64,000 bases of DNA from Amphiscolops sp. MND2022. Lineage: Eukaryota. This document shows, piece by piece, positions 14,111 through 27,730 of the stretch; the stretch's first letter is position 1, and each line of letters begins with the position of its first letter. Where the stretch lies: assembly GCA_964187785.1 (NCBI GenBank), contig OZ076409.1, forward strand, positions 38,380,001 through 38,444,000. The letters are read 5' to 3'. Under the pieces are notes generated by a model that worked only from the letters and a program-made list of their open reading frames with translations, had not been told where the DNA came from and searched no databases. The translations under genes and the position numbers were made by a program.

Positions 14111-14349
14111 ATTCTGTGGCTATTTCCAACAGTCACAACTTGAATATTTCATATGATTCTCTTGCTTTTGAAGACGATTTTGGCAGTGTTTCTTTAATTA
14201 ACTGTTTGTCCCTACAGGCATAATTTAACCTTCATGTGATTTTTTTGACGTTTTTATGGTGACGTTTCTTTTCGTTCACAATTTCTTTTTTCACAAGTTT
14301 GCTTTTAAGAGAGATGTTGAATTATTATCACAGTCCATATTATCACAAC

Positions 14350-15270
14350 TAAGGGTGGGCGATGCATCGAAAATTCGGTGCATCGTCGATGCAGGCCTAC
14401 GCATCGCTTCGTATCGAATAAAAATGCCTGCATCGAGGGAACTTCGATCCAACAAGAGTAGTCATTGTTTAACTCATGAAATTACCTCCCGGATGTAATG
14501 TTACGTAATCGGGCAGTAAATCTATTGTGTGGTATCACTGATTTTCATACATGACGTTTTTTACACATTACTCTACAGTGTAACTTACTTCTCTAGAGCA
14601 ATTGTCCAGTGTTATTTTAGATTGAATTGTGATATGGCAACGTTATCGCCTATATGGGATTATTTTACGAAGAAGAACCAGAATGAGTGCTTCTGTAATA
14701 CGTGCAATGCAAGAAACCCTCTCTTGTGCGCAGTCGACAACTACAAATGCAGTAAAGCATTTGGAAAGGAAGCACAAAAAGCTGTTTGCCGAATATTCAA
14801 TTTAAAAAAGAAGCTGTGAAAAAGAAGCCTGTTCCCTCAGTGCAGAAGACTACTGCAAACAATTGCTTTGACAAGTGATATTTGAACATCCAGAAATCAT
14901 GATCCTTTGTTAGAGATGACAGCGCATTTTATTGACAACGGTATCCTGAAAAACGCGTAGAGACACAACTTTCTGAACTAAACTGATCAATGTTTGCTAC
15001 TCAAGAAGAAATTGCTGGTTTTGTTGTAGACGTTGGCCCTGTCGGAGAAGAAGACGATGATCCGCTATGGGGTGCATTTGATCAAGCTTTGCAGAGTAAA
15101 CGAGATAGAGTCGAAACAAGCAACTAGGAAGAAAACGAGTTCCTGAAAGAATCTAAGCAGTATCTGAAGGAAAAGTGTATCAACCGAAAAGAAGATCCGA
15201 TGTCATTTTGGGGTAAAAACAAAGAAAAGTACCTGTCCTTGTTCAAATGCGCAGCAGAATACCAAGGCCA
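14350..15270 (+). mobile_element. Internally deleted hAT (BED-finger) transposon relic
   Basis: 'taagggtgggcgatgcatcg' terminus with gcatcg subterminal repeats. ATG 14633 starts MATLSPIWDYFTKKNQNECFCNTC, continuing after a frameshift as TTNAVKHLERKH (BED zinc finger). ~15150-15265 reads KQYLKEKCINRKEDPMSFWGKNKEKYLSLFKCAAEY (start of dimerisation domain). Confidence 0.75.
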
Positions 15271-15799
15271 ACTGCCCAATAAGTTCACAATATATGACCT
15301 ACAGTACTGCTATTAAGGAAACGTCCCCCTGGCGATTTTAGGGTCGATTTTCTCAAAAATGGATTAAAAGTTTGAAAAGCATCAGAAAAAAGTTTCTTAA
15401 AATTTCATCTAGGTTACATCAGTATTTTTTAAAAAGTTCTGAGACAAAAATTGAGAAAGTTACAAGTAGCTGATTATGTGCGAAATTGGACGTTTTGCCG
15501 TTTTTCCAGCTTTTGACCGGTTTATCCAAAATTTTTGTTTATCGGTTTATCCAAATCCAAATGCTCAATTATTTCCTACAAAACTAGTAAATCTATAGAT
15601 ATTTTTGATTTCAAAAATTGTGAACCGTTTTTGAAATATGCTCGAAAGGTAAAATTTCGTGGATTCACATGTATTAAGATGAAAAATAAACGTTTCGCGG
15701 TGAAAAAGTGCGGCTATTTCTCTATTTTGAATGTTTTTGAAACGAAAAATAGATAATTAAATTGAATATGGATTACATGAGTTCAGAACGCCATAAGCG

Positions 15800-16099
15800 T
15801 ATGGTTACCAGACAAAAGTGTCCCAGATAAACAGCGCCCCAGACAAAAGCACGCCAATCAAAGGCTACTAGAGATTGGCTGAATCTTTTCCAAGTTTAGC
15901 AGTTAAGGTCGTTTTCAAATGGGGTTTGTAGCGTGTGAAAATGTCCAATCTGTCACTACCGGTGAGTCAACGTTGTCTTTGGACCTCTTCAGCTGAATTA
16001 AGCTTAATTAGAAGCGCTGAAACCAACTCAAAAATTAGCAACGCTCTGTGTATTGGGGCGCTTATGACTGTGTAAAATGGGCGCTTTTGTCTGTACACG
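15800..16099. mobile_element. MITE-like element with repeated inverted 'cagacaaaagcgccc' motifs
   Basis: Left 'ccagacaaaagtgtccca...cagcgccccagacaaaagc' is inverted relative to right 'ggggcgcttatgactg...gggcgcttttgtctgtacacg'. A similar right end recurs at ~16730-16751. Confidence 0.45.
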
Positions 16100-16762
16100 A
16101 AATGTATAAATAATGTGTTTGCACAGTTTTAATAACTTGAAATACTAAAATAACTGTACAGTTGACTCCATTGCAGACGGCAGCCTGTGACAGATCTTGC
16201 CAAAAAATCCAAGATCTCAAACCCTGAAAGTAATCAGATTCCATCACAAAAACAAAAGTAAAAGTATCCTTGGTTGCGAACAATCTAATTCAATTTACGA
16301 CCAGTTTCCCACTGTAGTTTTTTCTGCGAGCTGCAGTGTGAATTCCACGAGCTGTTTTTGGCTAGTAGTTTTTAACGAGTTTTTTTTTAAATTCATCATT
16401 GGCATGTATGGATATGCGCCATATGTTCACGCTTAGAGAAACACGTGAGCTTCGAAAAAATCGAAGCTTTGGATTCATTCGATGATGACTTCCCATCAAG
16501 GCGAAGATCAAAATTGATATTTTTGCTAGTGGTGTTTGTAGAAGATATTGGTGGGTTTTGGAATTACCTGTAATGACGGTTACAAGTCAAAAACGTCCCA
16601 GCCATAAACGACTTGTAATTCAAAAAAAAACTTTTTACACAATCAAGCTTTAATTCGTTTCTTTTTTTCTTCTGTGTAAAAGCTGGTGGAAATCTCATCA
16701 ACTCAGATACAAGCGATGCATCTTTGTCTTGCGCGCTTTTGTCTGTGCACGGCGTTGACAAC

Positions 16763-16868
16763 GCATGTGCTTCCATGCATGTTCCATGTTAATTCGATGC
16801 ATGTGACATGCACAATTGTGCATGTCACATGCATCGAATTAACATGGAACATGCATGGAAGCACATGC
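16763..16868. repeat. 106-bp perfect palindrome without spacer, CATG-rich
   Basis: Arms 16763-16815 and 16816-16868 are exact reverse complements centred on cacaa|ttgtg. Confidence 0.95.
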
Positions 16869-17011
16869 TTAAGCCCATGCTTTTTCCAAGCATGGAAGTA
16901 AGATGAACATTAATGGAAAATATGAAAGTAACATGATCGTTCATGGAAATACATAAGAGGTCAACTCGGGTGGTTTATAGAGTGTTAGTATTCGTTGAAT
17001 CCGGTACCTAC

Positions 17012-17078
17012 TTTATCAAATAGCCCAAAAGCTTCTTGAAAAACAGCTACTTGTCGTGGTAAGAGCTGATCAGCCATT
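17012..17078 (-). CDS. Calmodulin-like protein, exon 1 (one extra T in a T6 run as assembled)
   Basis: ATG at 17078 gives MADQLLPRQVAVF. The +1 frame gives QEAFGLFDK followed by donor GTAGGT, which joins in phase 0 to TGSG of exon 2. The exon is 67 nt instead of 66. Confidence 0.85.
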
Positions 17079-18974
17079 GTGAAACCAGTTTACAAAGTTC
17101 AGTTGTAGACCCAAAGCTATACTAATTGAACGGAGGTCAAATTTTTGACCAAAAGTAGTAATTGATATCCTTCGTATCAATCACTGGCCATAAAATCAAT
17201 TGGTAATCGAGAAACGTGTAAATGTTTGTTTTAAAACACTCAATGGTAAACACCACATGAATTTGAAATGATTATCTGCTGAAAAAAGTAGAGACTATAT
17301 TTTGAAGAGTAAATGAAATTAGTCTATCAATTAAAAACAATTGATAGTTTGGCGCACATTAAGAAAAGTGCTTCTGGCTTCAAAATGAGTGAAAGATAGT
17401 CTAATTTCACGATTACTACTGACTTCTTGTCAAATTAAGTGATCAGTCGTGTACACGCATTGCTTTTCAAAATCATTCGAGAAGAAAAAAATAAATCTAT
17501 ATAACTGAATCACTTACAACTGAAACTCTTTGACTTTATAGACAGTTTTTTGGCACAGTTGAACAGCTTGAAACACTTGCAGTGATAAAAAATTGAGCCT
17601 ATAATTTTCAGAGACTTGTGGTGGTTCGCTTTAGAATTGGCATGATCATATAAATTACGATAGACGTTAATACCAAAGTTATATCATTCGTTTTTTATGA
17701 ACAATAATGAAGTTCTCTCAAATACGTTTGGTTCCCTCAATGATTTTTACGATGGTTGCAAAGTGATCATAGAACCGGTATAAGTGGTTGATACAATTAT
17801 GTAGACCTTATCAATTGATATTGTCGGAGAAACTCTCAATATATTTGCATGATTGTAACTTTACGCGATATATCGATGCTTACGACTCGGGACAAAAATA
17901 ATTTATAGAATATGTTGTTTACGAAGCTAAAATAAATTGTTTACAGGAAAAAATCATACTCAACAATATTTCTCCCGGAAATTGCCCTTAATTGGTTTGA
18001 GATAGCTACAACCGTATAGAATACAAGATAGCCGAACTAAACTTCTTAGGCTAAGCATTTTGACTATAGTATCAAACGCTGATTTCCAGGTTCAACGTTA
18101 CGATTACAAGATTGAGGTGTTGTAAAAAAAATGTGCTAGTATTTTTTTAGTTCGATTCGGTTTAGAACGTTCTGGAGCCAGATTAAGACTCAACTTTCGC
18201 ACCTTGTGCTCAAATGACATTCAAACTGCTCAGAAGTATTAAAAATGATTCATGAAATTATTTGGAGGACAAAGCTACTAAAATATTCACTATTTCGAGA
18301 GGTTCTTTCAATTGCTCCAGTTTTTTCCCTCGATTGAACCACAGCTGCGAAAAACATTTTGTTTTTCTCGAGGCGTAAACAGATGTCACACTTTATTTCA
18401 AAGAAAGGTGGCAAATGAAAACATGCAAAGACAGAAGTTTTCTAAAATAATTCAGAAGAAAGACAAATTATTCTTAATGAATGAGCCAAAATTCGTCCCT
18501 TTTCAATTTATGCCATCAGTTTGGCGATGAAAAAAATTATGATACATTTTGACAGGTATTTCCAGCATCGGACCTTGTAAAATTTCTTTAAAAATTTAGC
18601 GCGACTTTCTGACTGTATGATGAATGTTGTTGTCCCTTTAAAAAATCCGTATCGAAATTTTCGTTTCAAAACTTTTGGAGTTTTGTCGTATTGGGTATTT
18701 CTTTTTTTCTTCCTCATAACGGCGTGGAAAAATTGAAAAGTACCTCATAAGTGCTTTTTTCTTTTAAGAGTAATTGAACGTCCCTAACTGATTTTAAAAA
18801 GTTCACAAAACAATCATCTTAATTGCAATTGGTGTTTGTTTTAGATGCTCTTCTTCTTTGAAACATCATTTGTCTCGATGCCGAGACATTATTTTCCATT
18901 CATGTGCGCTGGGTTTTAATACGCATGCCGTTAATTTTTTGGCTTCATTATGGCTATGAAAGCTACGATAATAT

Positions 18975-19845
18975 CCCATTGTGAGCTTTCCTTGAGAATT
19001 TGTACAGATCTGTGTGCCTTTTTTCCTTGACGATCTGTAAAGATCGTGCCACTGCTACGTGAGGACAACTGCAGATCTGCAAGGATCTTTACAGATGTAC
19101 TAGGATTTTCTGTAATGTAAGTCTCGTAACACCATTGGCGGAGACCTCAAAAACTTTGAGATAAATTCTGAAATTGAAAATTTTACCATGAAAAAGGAGT
19201 ATAACACATGAAAAGGTGAAGAAAACACATTCACTGAAACTGGAGCACAGCAAAAATTATATTGCGTCAAAAACCCTCTTTGAAACTGCATTTCATGACA
19301 TCAGCGATGGACGACGTGTGGGTACACTCTTGCAGAGATGGTTCTCATTCTTGTGTGCGTGGCTGCGTTGTCCCCGCGCATGTTCCACACATGTTCTCCA
19401 GACTATGATTGGGCTTGTGGGGTTAATTTATCTCCGGACTTGGATGTTAATTGATTGGAAAAGCGGCAATAGTATCTGAATTGCTTCAGTGGAGTCTGTG
19501 CGACTCTATAAAGTTATGTTTTCCAAAACTCCAATTAGGAGGCGTGTCTATCTTGTAGAGCACTTTTCATCAACTAATTTCATTTTCAAAGCAGTCTTGA
19601 CGATAATTTAATTTTCGAGAAATCCTGAAATATCTGTCAGGATCTGTAAAGATATGTACAGATTTGCACTGAATTTTTTAACCAAAACTTCAATTAGATG
19701 ACGTCTTTATCTCTCATAGCACTTTTTAATAACTAATTTCAACTTCGAAACTGTATTAACGACCAATTAATTTTCGACGAATCATGGAATATCTGTCAGG
19801 ATCTGTACAGATCTGTACAGATTCGCAGGGAGGGCTCAACATGGG
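18975..19845. mobile_element. Non-autonomous TIR element with CCCA...TGGG ends and GATCTGTA subterminal repeats
   Basis: Left cccattgtgagctttccttgagaatttgtacagatctg versus reverse complement of the right end cccatgttgagccctccctgcgaatctgtacagatctg. ATAT on both flanks. Confidence 0.75.
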
Positions 19846-19980
19846 ATATGCTAAAACTGATTAGATGGGTAAAAACAGAATTTCGTTACCAAAACTAGTG
19901 TCTCGTTTTATTTTACCTGCGTTGATTTTAAAACTCATTTAAGTATAATTTGTAACCTTCGGCTAAATACTTTGGAGCCT

Positions 19981-20328
19981 TTTTAGTCGGAGCTTTTATT
20001 AATAATTGAGCCCGACTATTACAGTCACTCGTTTTTTTTGTTCTTTTTTTTAAAAGACAGTCTTGAAGCGACGAACGTTAGTTAACGTTTTGATCAGTTT
20101 GTTCAACTAAGGGAAACTAAACGAATACTCAGGAAACGCATCCAAAGGACCCTTTGGTTTTTTACTTTTTTACGTAACCTACAAAACCGGACGGGACTAA
20201 AGGGTCTCCTTTTGATATTTTCAGCACTGTGCGACTTTTTCTTTAAATTATTTTGTCTCCTAAGAGTCCCCCTTCAATTTTATTTGAGCCTTATATATAG
20301 CGCCGATATGAGACGTTCCCGTCTTGTT
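19981..20328 (+). mobile_element. Short complete HINE-like (Helentron/DINE-1-type) element
   Basis: 5' ttttAGTCGGAGC...GCCCGACT stem-loop, 3' subterminal inverted motif GCGCCGA, and terminal ...cccgtCTTGTT. Confidence 0.6.
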
Positions 20329-22309
20329 CAAAACTTTCTGCATCAGCTGAGAGTTCAGAGAGAAAACTTAGTTCGATTCAAAAGAAAATTACAATTAATT
20401 TGATAAAATGATGAAACCAGCAATCTAACCAATACGGGAAAATAGTCAACAGAATTGTCAAGTCCAAGCTCAAGGGAACCAATTCGGATTAAATAAACTT
20501 GTAGGCAACTGAATGATTCTGACTGTGATCATTTTGAAACTGAAAACTAACATGAACAAAAACAAAGTGACAACGTAAAACTTCATTTTTCGAAATAGAC
20601 TGAAGACAGAGGCTGATTATCACACCGAATACTGTTGTAATATCTGAAATCAAAACTTTTGTTTTTCATATTGTTTGGTAAAACATGGCCTTCAGCCAGC
20701 TCTTTGAACTTTTTCTAGAGAATTTGTTGACGATTTACTTGGGTCTAGTTTTTCTACTATATGCAGTTGAGAAGAGACCTTTTAGTTGGCGCTTTACAAA
20801 TTAAAACGCAACTGTTACAGTGGCATTTAAAAAAATTCTGTCGAAGTGACCATAAAAAACTTAAAAAATACTTTCAGAGGGCCAATATAGTGACAATATC
20901 TTTTTGAGCCGCGCCAACCATTGTGGTTTCAGGCTTTTATTTCACCTCGTAACGTAACCTTCTGGAAGCATGCCAACTCCAATGATCGGAAACTGCATAT
21001 CTATTCGTAACTGTCCGAAAAAGACTAAAAAGCGATAGAGAGTTTTCACTACATAGTCGAGGAGATGCTCTCAGAATTAAGCATTTCTCTCATTTTATGC
21101 ATGCGTGCGTTTTAGGTAATTTTTTCTAGTATGAGATGTTCCTCGAGATGCCCTCTTTTATCATCAGGGATACCACACTTATCTTTACTGATACCAAGTG
21201 TACTGGCACAAAAAAGTCAGACAAGTGATCGAGTTTTCGTTGAATCGAATAACAGCCTTCGCGATCAGCTTTGAATGTTAGTATGTCATCCTCAAAGTTC
21301 GTTATATTAAACTGCTCAAACTAAGGCGGGTCGGGTCATTCAAAGTACAATCATAGGCGTTAAGCTTGTTACCGTACAGCTCGCAAAACCTGCGCTGGAC
21401 AAAAGCGTGGAATAGGGGTGACGAACATCAACAGAATTTATTCCAGAGAAAAAAGGCTTATAAATCAAACTTTTAAAGTGAAAAAGTAGTCAATCCAATT
21501 TTTTTAGTTTCTGTGCAAATAAAAACGTAGCTGAAACTCGTTTGCTTTTTTTCTGGACACAAGATTTTTATTTTCTCAGCTGCCGGGTGTGTCGAGGATA
21601 CGGCAACTGGCGATTTGAAAATTATAGGCTGACATATTAGATTTTTTTTGCTTTTTTGAGAAACCAGCCAGCAAATTTTTCAGCGAACCTTAAAAGCGCC
21701 AATAACATGCTCATTGTACAATTTTATCAGAATTGAAGCCAATCCGACCATGTCTGCCTTTAGCTACAAGAAAAAGGCATCAATCAAACAAAAAGTCGAG
21801 GTTTCTTCTTTTCAGTGAGGATGTTTTTTGTTCGAACGGGAATTTCTCAGAACTTCTGTTCGACGCAAACGTAGAGAACTTTCCTGGCGTACAGGACATG
21901 TTTTCAGGTTTCTTGAACAGTCCTCAAAGTGAAGATGCCCGACGAACTTGGAAAGTAAAAAAAACTGAATTTCAGAGCAGTTTTATTTCTCAAAAAATCT
22001 ACAAAGTAAAAAAATCAACGAATCGCCAAAAAGTGGCCGAAAACGAATCAAAGAATGTGGCTCCATTGGATGTAACTGTTTTCAGCGTATCTATAATCAG
22101 TTCCAGAATAAAAGATTTCAAACTAGAATATTAGTATTTGAATGAACACGAACCTTCTCCAAAAATTCTCAACTAAAAATGATGAAAATTACTTGCATAG
22201 AGAAGGATTATTTTTTGGGTAACGTGAAGGCGCCAGTTTGCAGAAAGACCAAGGAAAAGAATACGAGAAAGTCCCGAACAAAATACCTTGACGAAAAGGG
22301 AATGGCATA

Positions 22310-23900
22310 GGTTGGCACGCCGTTTGAGTATCAAAAGGAGCAAAAGCCTTCCAAAATGTCAAGGAATCTGTTTTGAAAAAAATCTCAATCTCATAGTACC
22401 GGAAAAAACCACAGGAAGTAAATTCGGCGCCGTTTGAGTCTCAAAAGGAGCAAAAGCCTTCCAAAATGTCAAGGAATCTGTTTTGAAAAAATCTCAATCT
22501 CATAGTTCCGGAAAAAACCAGAGAAAGTAAATTCGGGGCTTCGGCGCGTTTTTTATACACTAGAAAGGAAAACAAGCCGGGAACGGCCCAAGTGGGCGCC
22601 CCGCTCGGGGTCAAAAAGAGCAAAGTGTTTGAAATATTCAACTATTGAAACTTTTCGATTATTCAACAGTGCCAAAAATACCCGAAGAGGTACCCTTGAG
22701 ACTCGGAAAACGCTTTTTCTGAACTGAAAACGTCAGAAAAACGTATATAACGAAAAACATCATTTTTTAAAAATTTCAAACAAGGTCTCATAGCGCCTAA
22801 AAACCCAGGAGATACTTCTTTTAAATATGCAAAGAGACACTATAGTTAAATTTATGTCACATTTACTGAGACAAAAATTACCCAACGAAATACCCAAAAG
22901 ACTCGAAAACCGGTTTTTTTTCTGACTGGAAACATCAGACAACCCAATTCAATTAATTTTTTCTTCGTAAAAAAGTCTGAGAATGCCGAAAAAGAGCTTA
23001 AGCTCGCAATACGCTCTTTCAAAGACAGGAAATTGTCTAAAAAATAAAAGGGTACCTTTTGACCGACTCGTAATTTTTTCGAATAAGTCGCATAGTGCCG
23101 AAAAAACCGTAGGTTTCAAAATTTTTGGTTTGAATTTTTTTTCGCAATACATGACTCCGATAAATTGCATAGTGCCCAAAAATCTCAGGAGCCCGCTACG
23201 CTCGCAAAACGCTGTTTATGCTAAAGATTGAAGGAAGGCAACTTGTTTGTTTCAAAAAAATCCAGAAATGTCGCACAGTACCAAAGAATCCCAATGAGGG
23301 GATGCCCGTTTGGTGTTTTTCCAATTTTTGCAAGCATAAATGAAGACTTTTTGAAAAAAAAGTCTCACAAAGCCGAGAAACGTAAAAGATGGGACCCTTC
23401 GGGTTTTTTATTATCCAGTTGGTTGCGGAAAATTAAAATAACCTAAAAGGGGACCCTTTGACGACAAAAAATTTCGGGGAAAAAGTCTCATAATGCCAAA
23501 AAACAGTAAGACCAAACCTTATGTGTTGTCTAGTAAAGAAAAAAGCTTCAGAACTATGATACCCAAAAGTGGCACCCTTTGGAAGCATGTGAGACAGCTT
23601 CCTAGTGAAGTAGGAAGGCAGAGAGTCACCGTGAGAGTCGGGAAGTTTTTGATTCACAGAAACCGCTGACTAAATAAAGTCACTGTAATAGTCGGACAAT
23701 TTGTTTGCCAAAAAGCGCTGACTAGAAACATCAAAAAAGTCAAAGTGAGAACTTTTTCGAGAATAGAAACTTTTTTCCTAAAGAGCTGCTGAGTGCAAGA
23801 AAAAAACAAAAGGGAACTTTTTAGGATTCAAAAAAACATATTGAAAAAACAAGGTGGAACTTTTCGGGAAAGTGAATTTTCCGGAGAAAAGTTACAGGCT
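22310..23900 (-). repeat. Cluster of HINE-like family copies including a ~110-bp tandem duplication (~22318-22536)
   Basis: 'aaacaagccgggaacggcccaagtgggcgcc' at ~22570. Many 'aaaagtctca..gccga' and 'gggacccttt' subunits. Terminal 'cgctgactaaa/ag' at ~23665 and ~23717. Confidence 0.6.
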
Positions 23901-24312
23901 CCCGAAAATAAAACTCAAATTCGTTGCCAATCCAACGTACGTCAAAAATGGATGTGTAGATCCTTTCAATCAATTTGGACATTTGTAAAAAATTTATTGT
24001 CACCGGCGGGATTGAAAAAGAAACACTTCTAAAGCTAAAGTGCTGACTAAAAACATCTAAAAACACGGTAAGAATGAGATGAAAGTGAGAAATTATGTTT
24101 CCTACTCTTTTTGAAAAATGGAAATGATGGAAAAACTCATTGGACAAATTTGATGCCTCTCAGTGTCAAAGACAACTATCTCTTCTAAAGGAGTCGTTTA
24201 GGCAGCTTGAAACAATCAATGAAAAAAAACGACTACGTTGAACACATCGAAACCAAAAACTACCACCTGAAAGCCTTATTAAATTATACCGGGATATGAC
24301 ATTTCCAATTTC

Positions 24313-24675
24313 AAATCGGCGCTTTCCTTAAGAAAAGAGTCAACTATAGTCATGGCTTTTCATCTGTGTTTTTTTTTCGATACACCTGCAGTGATCAAAA
24401 TAGTTCCACCAAAGGTACTACAAAACCTAAAGGTAGGCCCCAAATTGTACCTGTTGGCTAAAGGAACTGAACCAAAAAAGTTTTCCCGTTTTTCCGCGTA
24501 ACATACAGTACCGGGCGAGACGAAAGGGTCCCTTCCAGTTTTCTTTCGGCATTGTGAGACTTTTTTCGAAAAAATTTTCTTTTTGAACAGAATACTTTGA
24601 CACTTTGAAAGTGCGTTCCTTTTGCTGTTTTTGAGCTTTCGATATGGCGCCGAGTTGGGCCGTTCCCGGCTTGTT
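24313..24675 (+). mobile_element. HINE-like element copy
   Basis: Starts aaatcggcgctttcc...actatagt and ends ggcgccgagttgggccgttcccggcttgtt. Reverse-complementary to parts of 38629-39356. Confidence 0.65.
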
Positions 24676-24726
24676 TTCTTTTTCTTTCGTCAGACTAAAA
24701 CTCACCCTGTATGTACCACTTTTTGC

Positions 24727-27700
24727 TTAATATGCGCTGTTACAATATACTTGAACATAATCATGGCTCGCATGGCCTGGGTGATACCTAATCTGTTGTC
24801 CACGTACAAAAACTCTCGCGGGAAAAAGAGTGGAATTTTCTCGCCAAGGCGATGGTGAGCAGCTTACCGCTGTTCGATTGTAATTTTTCAACAAAGCGAT
24901 AACTTTCGGAATTTGCTTATCTGCCGCAAAATTTGCAGATAGCATCTTTTCATTTAGCGCGCGAGTCGACGGGCTCTGATTCATTCTCAGCTTCGAGCTG
25001 ATTACACTGTTCACTGTAAACCACTCGTTCACTAGCATTTTTGCCGTCACTGTTGCCCCTTCCATTTTACTGGGCTGCCTGTATAAGTAATCAGCCATGC
25101 CTAAAGATCTCCCGGCTACATGAATTACCTTCAACTCAAATGAGAACAGTCGATCTACGCATCTAGTTAATTGGCTAGAAAATGTTTTATTTCATCTATT
25201 CCATTTTAGGAGAGACATAAAAGATTTATGATCAGACACTATCAATTGTACTCCATACACGTCGTTTTTAAAACGTTCAAAGGCCCACACTAGTGCTAAA
25301 GGTTCTAATTCATTTATAGAATACTTTGTTTCGAAGTCCGTTAAAAATCTTGACGCAAAGCTGATTGGTCTCCATACACCATCGTTTTGACTTTGTTGAA
25401 AACACGGTCCCTTTTTGCTAGCGTCGCAAATGATTCTTGCATCTTCGTTCCATTTAAAATGTGACAATTTGTTTGATTTTTTTGTTGATTTTAATAAATG
25501 CTTTTCAATGTTCATCCCCCATATCTATTCAGCATCTGATTTCAAGATCGTTCTAAAGGGGTAATTAATAACAGCTAAGTTTAGACTAAACCGATTCAAA
25601 AGGTTGACGGCTCCAAGGAATGAGCGCAATTGTTCTAAGTTCGACGGGCTCAATCTTTCACTTATTCCCTTACCCTTTGCATCTACTGGGGAAGTACCCG
25701 TTTTGATTAATTTGTAATCTAGCTATTCTATACTGTTATAAGCTATCACGCATTTAGGTGCTTTCTATTGCATATTTGCCTCATCCAAGTCCTTCATGAC
25801 TTCTCTCACCTTGTTTAAAAGGTCAGCCTTGGTTCCTGTTGTTACAATTAAAATGTCGTTTGTATACACAAATACACTATTTATATTTACAAGCGTGGGG
25901 TCCATCAATTTCACTAATTCAGTAGGCTTTACTGTTAGGCCATAATATCCTGTTATGAAACGATACGTCCTGGTAGATTTTCCTCCAACTATTTAAAACT
26001 TACAGTGTTTCTTGGTTGTCTTATGTAAAGGTTGTCTCATGTCCATATGCACTGGCGAATACCAAGGCTCCCCTTTTTTGTCTAGTTTTCAGCAATCAGA
26101 TGTATTATATTCTGCAAGTTCGGCATTTGGTTTTTGTTTTTGGATATTGATTCGTTTAGTGCTCTCGCGTTTAACGCTATTTTAATAGACTTGTCTTTTT
26201 TAACTGTTATATTGGTTGGTTGGATAAATACATCATCTTGAATTTTGTTTTTTTGTTCAAAATGGCCTTTTTTTACCAGTTTTTCAATATCTTTATCAAC
26301 TTGGTCTCGTAACTGAATTGGTACTTTACAGCCTTTTTGGTTGCGAAAATTTCTGCATTTTCTTTCAAATCAATTTTGCTTTCGTAACTTCTCACTCGCC
26401 TGTTTACATTATTTACCGTCTAGTCACAATTCACAAATGCGCCAGTTTGTTCATACTCACCACTTTCTATTGCCTTCTTAATTCGATAACGAAGAGCAAT
26501 TAACCAATCGCGTCCCACTATCGACTTTCCGGAATTTGGAACCACAAGCAATCTAGCCTTTGATACATTCACCCCCGTTACTTTTAATCGAACGAATTGA
26601 TGCCCTAACAATTTCAACGGTCGTTTGGTATAATCTACGTACTGTTCGATTTCGATCATTTGGCTAACAACTACTACCTTCCGTTCTCCAATGATTTGTT
26701 GAAGGTCTTTTTTGTGAATATCAATACGGGTGATCGGGTGTCATTGATGGCTTTAAATTGCTTTCCACACATTAATCCCTCCATGTAGAACGACTTCTGA
26801 CCCTTTCCATCAATGTGCACCACTAATTGCTCTTCATCGTCATCTGGTTCTTCTTCAGAACCTGTGGGGAAACGTTTTATTGCAGCATTTCTCCATTAGC
26901 CCCACTAATTCACAAAATTTACACTTTTAATTGTTTGCCTCACAGTTCTTCATGTGCTCCATTGTGAAGTTCAACTCCTTGCATCTGAAGCACTCCCTCC
27001 GGTTAGTCTTCTCCACTGCAAATACGGTTTTGGTTTCCACAGTCGACTTTAATGACTCGGCGTTTTGCACTTCAAAAGACTTTTGTCGCTTCACGCCCTC
27101 CTCAAAAACTTTTGCATGTTCCAGGGCTTGCTCAGGTTCCCTAGGTTCGGTGCAAAGCTTCTCTTGAACTTTTTTTATTGAACATGTGAACATTAAGCAT
27201 GTCCAATACCAAAAGCGTCGTAGTTTCTCCAAAATCACATGTAGCTGCTAAGACGTTCAACGCGTGCCGGAATTGGTACAGCGTCTCTCCACGTTGTTGC
27301 ATTCTCGAAAAAGTGATGTCTATCCAGTGTCCCTTTTCTTTTTTTTTCAAGAGTCATTCTGTGCACATCTGGATTAGCTCACTCACTTTCAATGCCCACA
27401 TTATTGTATGAGAAAGTTTGTCCCAAAACGTCTTTCTGACAGCTTCATCAAGGGATAAGAACATTGCGCTTACCACCTTTTTGTTGGCAAGATCTTCGTT
27501 TAAATCCCCCATCAATGATCGCACCCTGGGTGGCTGCTCTGTCACTTCTCTGGTCATCTCAGTGATAGAAATCGAACATTTTGCCATTATGGCAACTTGG
27601 AATAAGGGAAGCAACTTCTCTCATTCCATAGATGGTGTGGCATTCGCATCATGCCTGAAGACAGGCAATCCCACAAGATGGCATAAGGAAGTTGACACAG

Positions 27701-27730
27701 TTGCAGCGTCATTTTGCGCTCGCAGCGCCA
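24727..27730 (-). mobile_element. Decayed Ty3/Gypsy gag-PR-RT-RNaseH relic (no LTRs recognised)
   Basis: Gag knuckle ECFRCKELNFTMEHMKNC (26927-27238). RT motifs TYRFITGYYGL and VFVYTNDILIV (~25845-25970). RNase H RIICDASKKG...WRPISFASRFL...YSINELE...IVSDHK (25192-25515) and HVAGRSLGMADYL (24727-25134). Many stops and frameshifts. Confidence 0.85.
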
